Under the pieces are notes generated by a model. The model was not told where the DNA came from and made no database searches. It was given only the letters and a program-made list of their open reading frames with translations. This document shows, in pieces, positions 48,806 through 57,527 of a stretch of DNA of 57,527 nt. Each line of letters opens with the position of its first letter. The stretch's first letter is position 1. The stretch is taken from the NCBI GenBank assembly GCA_002269645.1, contig NIVC01003774.1:1-57527 (forward strand), read 5' to 3'. The stretch is from Macrostomum lignano. Taxonomy: Eukaryota. Both the position numbers and the translations under genes were made by a program.

Positions 48806-51131
48806 ATGCCGCGCAGCCCGTCCGGCCCGGAGCCGAAGCGGCCCAAGAAGCGCCACGCCCGGCGAATTCTGCGGTTCCTGCGCGGCCTCTTCGCTGCCAG
48901 CCCGACTGCACCGCCGGAGATTCTGGCATCCGGTCTCGGCGGCGGCGGCAGCGGCTGCGGCTGCGGCTGCTGCACCGGCATCGGCGGCAGCGGCTGTCCG
49001 GCTGCGGACGGCAGCGGCCTCGGCAACGCCGCAGGTGTTCCGCAGATTCGGGTGCGAGTCCAGCTGCCGCCGCCGCAACAGCTGCCGCAACCGCCGTCGG
49101 CATCGCAGTGCGAGCATCCGTGCTGCCTCATGCACCGTCAGGAAGGAGACGAGCCTGCTTCGACAAGCCGCTGGACTGACAGCAGGTCGCCGTCGCCGTC
49201 ACACCCGCAGCCGGAGACGATCGACAACGTGGGAAATGCCGATGGCGGCGCCAGCGACGACCTGGAGGCGGCCCGGGCGCTTTCGAGTGTCCTTCAATCG
49301 GCCGCGAATCGACCGTCTCGACGACGACTCTGCAGCCAGCCGAGCCACCTTCGACACCCCGACTGTCGCAGATGTCGAAACCCATCGACAACGCGTCGTC
49401 GTCGACATCGGCATCAGCGTCGGCGTCGGCAGCTCGCCGCCTGACGACAACCACCGCGGCGTTGATAACGCCGGTGCGGACCGCCTCGCTGCAGCAGGCG
49501 GCGGCGCTGATTGGACCGCCGACTGACGACGTTGCGCCGTCAGAAGCTGCCGACTGCAGCCGGCGCCAGTCAGCCTGCGGCAGGTGGTCACCATGAGCGG
49601 CGGCGGCGGCAGTTGCGTGGAATCCGGAGCCGTGGCTTCGGCCGAACGGGAGACGCCTCCTAAACTGACTGACGGCTCGACAGTGAGTTTTATTACAAGC
49701 TTTTTCCTCGAACAGCCCCTGGTGCTAAAGCTCTTGGTGCTAAAGCCCCTGGTGCTAAAGCCCTCAAAAGACTCCCTTAATGAAAACTCCCGGCTCCGCC
49801 CCTGATGCACTTCTGCGTTGCTCTTGCTGAACCCAAAGTTTAAGAAGCCAAACTCGTATTTCTGCAACATTGAGCAGCTCCCGCCTGCCGTCAGCGCAGC
49901 CCGCCAGCTGCAGCTGCCCAAGGTGCAGTGGCTGTTCCAGACGTCTCACTCGGCTGCCGCCCTGCCGCCGCAGCCAACGACGCGTACAGCGGATGCCGCT
50001 GAACTGGACGAGCCCGTCGCCAATGTCGAGACTGGGCGCGGCGGCTGCCGACTGCTGCAGCTGCACCGGCACCAATCGGCCGTGGCTTCATCGGCGAGTC
50101 AGCGACAAACCCTGCTGGCAGCATCAACTCCACCGCAGCCGCAGCCGCCGCGACAGGTGAAGCTGCGCCCGCTGCAGCTGAGCGAGCTCAGGCCGGAAGT
50201 TTCAACTAACCACAGACTCGGCGATTGTTGCAGCTCGCTGCGGCCTTCTGATGGCATTTCGGACAAGCAGCAGCCACAGCAGCAGCAACAGCAGCAGCCA
50301 CAGCAGCAGTTGCCGTCACCATCGGCAAGCTTGAAAGCCGCGGCCAAGCCGATGCGCACCAACTCGCTGCTGGTCGGTCGCGTCGCCGAAACGGTTCGAC
50401 GAATCAATGCCATCCCGACGGCTGGCACCGCTGCCGACCGATCGGAACCGACGGTCCCGATGTCAACGTCGAACACGCTGGACCCGACCCGGGGCGAGCA
50501 GCATCGCTACCGGCTGCGGCAGCTCGCCTCCGGACCGAGCTCGCGATTCTATCGGGCCGATGCGGCCGCCGTTTTGTCGTCGTCGACGTCGTCGTCGTCG
50601 CGTCCTCCGAACTTGCCGAGCGGCGCCAAGCTTCGAGTCGAGTTTTCCAAACCGGATGAAACTCGCAAGATGACAACGACTGGCGGCCTCGTCAGAAGCG
50701 CAACCTCGGTTGCCAGTGGCAACAAGCCGCAGGTGAACTTCTCCGAGCTTCTCGCCCGGTTCGAAGTTGTCGATCGACGCAGGCGCGCCAGAGCGGCAGC
50801 TGCGGAGGCTCCGGCCGCCGATGACCATCCATCAACAACTGAGGTCCCCTCAGCCTCGAACTCCAAACCTCCTAATCGTTCGTCAAGCGCAAACAGGGAT
50901 GCTGCGGAGGTTCAAGCGCGGGAACCTGGCCTAAAAACCAACAAGATTGTCTGCAAGAGCGACCCGCCAGCTTCAACGGCGCAATCGGCAGTCGCACTGC
51001 CGACATGCAGACGGCGGCTGCTGCTGCTGCCGGGCTGCATGCTGTGCAGCCTCGCGGTGCTGCTGGGGCTGCTCGGCCTGCTTCTGCTGGGACACGTGAT
51101 TAGAGCTCGGGTACTGGCTGTGTACATGTAA
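48806..51131 (+). CDS. Putative low-complexity protein with a C-terminal hydrophobic (transmembrane) segment; 5' frame unresolved, probable intron from 49683 to about 49838-49877
   Basis: GC-rich island with a 437-codon ORF (49818..51131) ending LLLLPGCMLCSLAVLLGLLGLLLLGHVIRARVLAVYM. Donor aca|gtgagt at 49683 precedes a ggtgctaaagc x3 repeat. Acceptor-like site at 48681. Upstream coding-like text jumps between frames. Confidence 0.45.
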
Positions 51132-52320
51132 CTAATTAGGGCTTTTAGAGTAGGGAATTGCGACTTAAGTTCTCCTAAAGCATTCCTACCCATTAAGCTT
51201 GACTTGCCAGACAGAATCGATAAGACCTTCGATACAGGCACATTCCTACAGTACAAATTATAGTTCTGTACGTGAAGGTGGTGCATTTGTAATTATTATA
51301 TTTTCTTTTTTAACCAATTTACTGTGCTATCATTTAGATATGAGCTAAAATACATGTCATTTTTATAGGTGAGAAATATTACTTTGTAGAACACAGAATA
51401 TTTTATTTACACAGAAATTTACATTAGCGAAAACTTTATACAATTAATCAACTGAAACGAATAAATATATTTAAATAATATTAAATTTAATTCTAAAGCA
51501 AATTTTCCGCGACCGTAGCTTCAAAAACTTAATAGTGATGCCTTTTGATACCCATATTATTAAAGTTGTAAAAATCTCGACTGCGCTAAAGTGCAAGACA
51601 CTTTACTTTTCGGCATAGCACCGATTACTGTGGCTTAATGCCAAGAACATAACATGGCATTCCTACATGTTAATTCTACTGTGTTAAATCGGATGCGCAT
51701 AAAATTTTGCAGTAGTAAAAAAGAATATTAAATATCAATATTATTCTTGGTCGGTATTTCGGACCCACACGGCATCCAGTCAAAGGCTGCAGTCGATTGA
51801 GTAAACGACACTAAAATAATTTATATGTGATTCATATTCTTAGTGTCATTCGATGATAAATCAGGTGCTGGTTTAGGTTTTTTGAAAGAGTCAAAAAAAC
51901 TCTTTCACGTTTTCATTATCATTTTTAGTAGAACTAAACGTTGACATTTAATGGACTTATCAATAGAGCAGTAGATTAGATTCCATTCCAAAAACTAGCA
52001 ACCAATAAAGAAACCCGACAAAATTAAATTATATCTCAGCTATATTCAAAATGTCTAAAAAAGATGAAGTTTTTTAATTTAGTGCTGTTAAGCTTGATTA
52101 ATTTTTCTAATGCAGAAGTAACTTTTGTGTTAAAGTTTGTTTCACGCAAATAACTCGGTTTTATTACAGCGCGATATTTCAAACTCGCGCTTTACATAAA
52201 AAACAATCCTGTCCGATAAATGAAATCTCCGATTGTTTTACACACTAGGCCTATTGCTTAATTGTCAACGAAATACACCGATCTGCTGCTTTTCATACGA
52301 AATTATTAGCTAAAATTAAA

Positions 52321-54972
52321 ATGGCATTTAAATATAACTATGCTATTGTTCAAAGAATTCCTAAGTCTTTTGCACAGAAGTATCCAAAAATAAATGTTGA
52401 CCAGGCCAACGAAGAACAAGAGACACTTGTTGAGATTCTACGACAGAGTGCTATTGACATTCTTGAAATCGATGTCGAAGAACGGCATCCAACAAGCCCT
52501 TTTGTTGATGACACAGCAGTAATTATTAATAATATTGCCCTAATGTGCAACCCTTATGGAAATAGGCAAGGCGAGGTGAGTTTTTTAAAGTTCTTGTACT
52601 TTGTCAATTGCCTATTAAAATTGTATTAAGATGCATTTTAATCATATATTTTAATATGATGGCACACTATGAATTCTTTACGAAAGAATCTGATTGAGCA
52701 TTCTTAATCATATTCAGCCCGACTAATTTGAAATTTGGGTAAATAAAGCTTTAAGTTTAATTTATAGATATTTTAGTAGTATAATAGACTAAACAAAACT
52801 GTCTTTTTAGTAAAGACTAAAGTCTAAGTTAATTTTATAACTATAAAATATTCCTGATTTGGAAATATTTTTTTGATTCTTATTTTTTCATTTTTTATAT
52901 TCTAGCTAAAATAGTTTTTCTTCATAGAAATTTTCAAGAAATTTTAAAATATGGATATTCTATCTAGCCCCCAGCTCCTAATACATACCATTCATTTTCT
53001 ACTATATTGTCTTCCTAAACCATGCTCATTAACTCATTTATGCTATATCCTTGAATCACTCCCATAGTCAGGAAGGTGGCACAGTGTGCGCTGGAATAAA
53101 TTTTTTGGGACAATTTGTGCGCTGTCTATGCGCCATTTGTGCGCTGTCTGTGCACCACTCTTCACGAGTAGAGTTTTCTAAGAAAGGCATTTGTACGAAA
53201 AGCCTTTTTAAAATGTTGCGCATATTTTCATTTTAAACAAACTAAAATTATACCTACAAATAGAGTAATGCAAAATTTTACTGTTAATTTTAAAGAAGCA
53301 AAAGTTATCATTGACTTTCTAGACTATACAAATCTCCTTTATATTACGTAAAATTGTTAATATGCATTACAATTTTCATGCATGTCAGGGACCTTTTGCA
53401 CCGCATGCGCTAGGAACCTCAGTGTGTGCCATGATTATGCGCCAAGTGTGCCAAGGACCCCTTGTGTGCGCTGTGCTTGTGCGCCAATGTGCGCCGAGAC
53501 CCTTTGTGTGCGCGGAATTTTCCCCCTCAGAGGCCACCTTCCTGACTATGGAATCACTCTAGTTCTAGCATTTGAAAGACTATCATCAGTATACTAATAT
53601 ATAGGCAATATATTCATATACAATATATGCAATATTTATACCTACTGATTCAATCAGATGTAAATTGTTTAACCATGCTGAGCATTAATAACTCACATAA
53701 ATTATATATTACATTTTCTTTCAAACTTGCTTCGCTAACAAACTGAATTATTGTTTAGTCTTGATAAAACCAATTCTATTGCTCATATTTTTTGCAAGTA
53801 TTTCTAATAAAGGCTCTAAGTAGGAATATAAAATAAGGATCCTTGTCCTTAAACATTAAAATATACCTGAAATACATCAAAATGTACCATTGTTTTTTGG
53901 AAGCATAGCTTTTTTTATAACTGGTTAAAAACCTAGAATCTTAATGTGACACAAAATTTGAAACTAGTTGATTAAAAACTGCTCATTGGTTTCCAAATTT
54001 CCCAGGTGAGTGCAATTCGCCAGACTCTGAAGCGTCAGCTCGGCATGAAGGTGGCTGAGATATCCATTGATGGGGCTGCGCTGGAGGGCAGCGATGTTCT
54101 GTTTACTGGTGAGTGTGCTGGTCTCTGGTAGTTGGCTACCAACTTAAGTAGGTTTAACCTACTTTTATCTTAGAGTCTCTCACATACAATTCTGTGAATC
54201 TGAATCACCCCAGATCACTCTGAGAATCAATCCAGATCACTCTGAGAATCACCCCAGATCACTCTGAGAATAACCCTAGATCACTCTGAGAATAACCCTA
54301 GATTACTCTGAGAAACCCCAGATCACTCTTAGAATCACCCAGATCACTCTGAGAATAACCCTAGATCACTTTGAGAATCACCCTAGATTATTCTGAGAAT
54401 CACCCCAGATCACTCTGAGATTCACCCGGATCACACAGTGGAATTGCAGTCACCTCCAGAATGCATCCGCCATCCCTCGGCAGCAAGGAGATCATCGTGG
54501 GCATCTCGCCGCACACTAACGAAGCCGGCGCCACCTGCGTGGCCAAGACCTTCCCAGAGTACCCGGTTACCACGGTAACCGTGCACCGCTCGAGTCCAAG
54601 AAGGCCGGCCACACCTCGCTGAAGGACCTGGTCTGTATGGCGGGCGCCAGCGTCATCGCAGTGGGCCTGAGCCCCAGCGCTCAGAAGACCTTGAAGGAGA
54701 TCAACTGGAAGGCCTCGTACAACTACCGCATCATCCAGCTGCCCGAGGACCAGGCCTGCAACTGCCTGTACGTCAACGGCTACCTGGTGCACCTGGCCCC
54801 GGACCTCATCCCGTCTAGCATTGGGATATTCGAGAACAAGATCGACTACAATAGGATCCCAATCTCCCTGCCTCACCTGGTTGAGCAGCGTGTGTCCATG
54901 ACCAAGCTGTGTCTGCTGGTGCAGAAGACTAAGAATACAAATCTGAAGAGCATCATGTCCACCCTGCCGTGA
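52321..54972 (+). CDS. DDAH: DDAH-family (dimethylarginine dimethylaminohydrolase-like) protein; join(52321..52575,54006..54108,about 54484..54972) with two apparent -1 indels
   Basis: YAIVQRIPKSF, PFVDDTAVI, LEGSDVLFT|GKEIIVGIS.HTNEAGA, LKDLVCMAG, ACNCLYVNG follow DDAH motif order. The frame needs +1 nt at the exon 3 acceptor (54483/4) and at about 54585. Confidence 0.85.
53062..53551. mobile_element. MITE, 490 bp, in DDAH intron 1
   Basis: Perfect 19-bp TIRs ccatagtcaggaaggtggc / gccaccttcctgactatgg; 8-bp TSD aatcactc at 53054-53061 and 53552-53559; subterminal gtgcgc repeats. Confidence 0.9.
54205..54430. repeat. DDAH intron 2: 22-bp array (cagatcactctgagaatcaccc)
   Basis: About 10 diverged copies. 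Confidence 0.88.
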
Positions 54973-55079
54973 CTGAGCCCGGCTGCAGCAGCTCTGCTTG
55001 TGTTAGTATTCGGATAATTAGCTATGCTGTGACTGCTAATGCTTAACTACCACTTAGCGAAATGTTCAATTCTAATTCA

Positions 55080-55885
55080 TGGGAAGAGGAAAATCCCTAT
55101 TAATATCGGCCTGAATTCCTATGGGAAGAAAATCCCCCAATAGTATCGGACAGAAATCCGTTGGGAAGAAAATCCCAATAATATCGGACTGAAATCCATT
55201 AGGAAGAAAATCCCCAATAGTATCTAACTGAAACCCCTTGGAAGAAAATCCTCATTAGTATCGGACTGAAATCCGTTTGGGAAGAAAATCCCCAACAGTA
55301 TCGAACTGAAATCCGTTTGGGAAGAAAATCCCCCAATAATATCGAACTGAAATCCGTTTGGGAAGAAAATCCCCAACAGTATCGAACTGAAATCCGTTTG
55401 GGAAGAAAATCCCCAACAGTATCGAACTGAAATCCGTTTGGGAAGAAAATCCCCAACAGTATCGAACTGAAATCCGTTTGGGAAGAAAATCCCCCAATAA
55501 TATCGACTGAAATCCTTGGGAAGAAAATCCCCATTAGTATCGACTGAAATCCATTGGGAAGAAAATCCCCAATAATATCGGACTGAAATCCATTGGGAAG
55601 AAAATCCCCAATAATATCGGACTGAAATCCATTTGGGAAGAAAATCCCCAATAATATCGACTGAAATCCATTTGGGAAGAAAATCCCCAATAATATCGGA
55701 CTGAAATCCGTTGGGAAGAAAATCCCCCAATAATATCGAACTGAAATCCATTGGGAAGAAAATCCCCAGTAATGTCGAACTGAAATCCATTGGGAAGAAA
55801 ATCCCCAGTAATGTCGAACTGAAATCCATTGGGAAGAAAATCCCCAATAATATCGAACTGAAATCCATTGGGAAGAAAATCCCAC
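55080..55885. repeat. About 40-bp array (gaagaaaatccccaacagtatcgaactgaaatccgtttgg)
   Basis: About 20 copies. Confidence 0.93.
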
Positions 55886-56624
55886 TAGTATCGGACTTGT
55901 CAGTGTCAGTTTTCTCAAGAAAGGCATTCATAACTGCTACTCACTGCTAACAGCACTCGAGCAACTGCCGCGCACATGCAACTCATATTCAGCTCTGTAT
56001 GCTTTGCAACCTTAGCAAGCCTGTAGTCTGTAGTGCAGGTTCGATACTTATAATAAACTAGGTCACCTCACTTATTCACAATGCGCAGCCGTCAAAGGCG
56101 TAATTAGATTTCCTGCATGCGAATTTTCAATTTTTTTTTCATTAAGCTTTTTTTGTTTGTTTTCTTGTTGTAGCGTCTATTTTATACAACAAACCGTGCA
56201 ATACTACTTACAGCAGCTGAACGTGATATTTTTGCATTACTGAGTCCCTGTTTATTATTAAGTTTAACTGTTCCTCTGTGGATGAGAGTTTTATAGAGAT
56301 TTTTGGCAATTAGGCATATATTGAATTTTTGTAGTTTTGTATTTCTAGTCGCTGGTACAGCTGAGTTGAAGTCTGGGCATAGCATGCTTTGGTGTGTTGT
56401 TTGTCTGTGTGGGCTTACATGGAATTTTCCATTTTTTGGCTCTCTGAAATACACTACCGGCTTTTCTTAGCTTTGCTAAAGCCAGAACTGTTACGCATAA
56501 TCTCTCTGATTCCTGAGTCTGAAGGTTTTCCATTAGTCCTTTTTATAGTTTTGGGGCTCTGAAATTCTATTATTGGCAGTTTTTTCTGATCCTGCAGGTG
56601 CAAGTTTAAGTTGGACTACCGCTT

Positions 56625-57265
56625 GAACTCTCTCCCAGATCCTCAGCTTGAGCAGCCGGCCTCCCAGATCCTCAGCTTGAGCAGCCAGCCTCCCAGATGC
56701 TCAGCTTGAGCAGCCGGCTTCCCAGATGCTCAGCTTGAGCAGCCGGCTTCCCAGATCCTCAGCTTGAGCAGCCGGCCTCCCAGATGCTCAGCTTGAGCAG
56801 CCGGCCTCCCAGATCCTCAGCTTGAGCAGCCGCCTCCCAGATCTCAGCTTGAGCAGCCAGCCTCCTAGATGCTCAGCTTGAGCAGCCGGCCTCCCAGATC
56901 CTCAGCTTGAGCAGCCAGCCTCCCAGATGCTCAGCTTGAGCAGCCGGCCTCCCAGAGCTCAGCTTGAGCAGCCAGCCTCCCAGATGCTCAGCTTGAGCAG
57001 CCAGCCTCCAAGATGCTCAGCTGAGCAGCCGGCCTCCCAGATGCTCAGCTTGAGCAGCCGCCTCCCAGATCCTCAGCTTGAGCAGCCGGCCTCCCAGATG
57101 CTCAGTTGAGCAGCCAGCCTCCCAGATCCTCAGCTTGAGCAGCCAGCCTCCCAGATGCTCAGCTTGAGCAGCCAGCCTCCAGATGCTCAGCTTGAGCAGC
57201 CGGCCCCCCCAGATGCTCAGCTGAGCAGCCGGCCTCCAGATCCTCAGCTTGAGCAGCCAGCCTCC
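56625..57265. repeat. 29-bp array (cctcccagatcctcagcttgagcagccgg)
   Basis: About 22 copies. Confidence 0.93.
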
Positions 57266-57527
57266 CACCCACATGCAGACACGGTAATAAAGAAGATCGG
57301 CGCAGTTCACCGACTTCATCAGCACCCATGCCGCTCAGCAACCGGTGAAAATGAACTATTACTGTATTTGCAATGTAGAAACTTGAGCAGACCAACGCAG
57401 TTAAAAGTGGACAATAACAATTACTGCCTGCTATTCTAGTTGCTGCACACATATATACGCAGTGCTCTGCGCCATCAATCTAAGCTGCTGAGTAGATATT
57501 CACAGCCACAACGTCAACAATAAAATC

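Noticed and set aside
54575-54600. 26-nt GT..AG segment whose removal would restore the DDAH frame
   Set aside because: Too short for a typical metazoan intron, and it would delete VTV, which matches the conserved VSTVPV strand.

Overview
Eukaryotic (metazoan) genomic DNA. GC3-rich spliced exons, AT-rich intergenic DNA and minisatellite-filled introns resemble a Macrostomum-type flatworm genome (inference, not confirmed). Five spliced genes can be modelled by hand from GT/AG sites and remembered homologue sequences: VPS35 (+, 8 exons, 827 aa); a RACGAP1/CYK-4 homologue lacking the C1 domain (+, 4 exons, 504 aa); a ubiquitin-like + ankyrin protein (-, 3 exons); an atypical Rab-like GTPase (+, 4 exons, 232 aa); and a DDAH-family protein lacking its catalytic Cys, with two apparent 1-nt deletions (+, 3 exons). 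There are also two orphan coding-like regions (22.6-23.1 kb, 48.8-51.1 kb). 15 of the 17 modelled introns carry their own tandem repeat. Mobile DNA comprises a region bounded by inverted repeats of at least 197 bp holding Tc1 and LINE RT/RNase H remnants, a second LINE RT remnant, three MITEs with 8-bp target duplications, and Helitron/Helentron-like elements. No CRISPR, rRNA or intact tRNA was seen. Most long ORFs in the ORF track are read-throughs of tandem repeats. No database searches were run; homology statements come from recalled family motifs.
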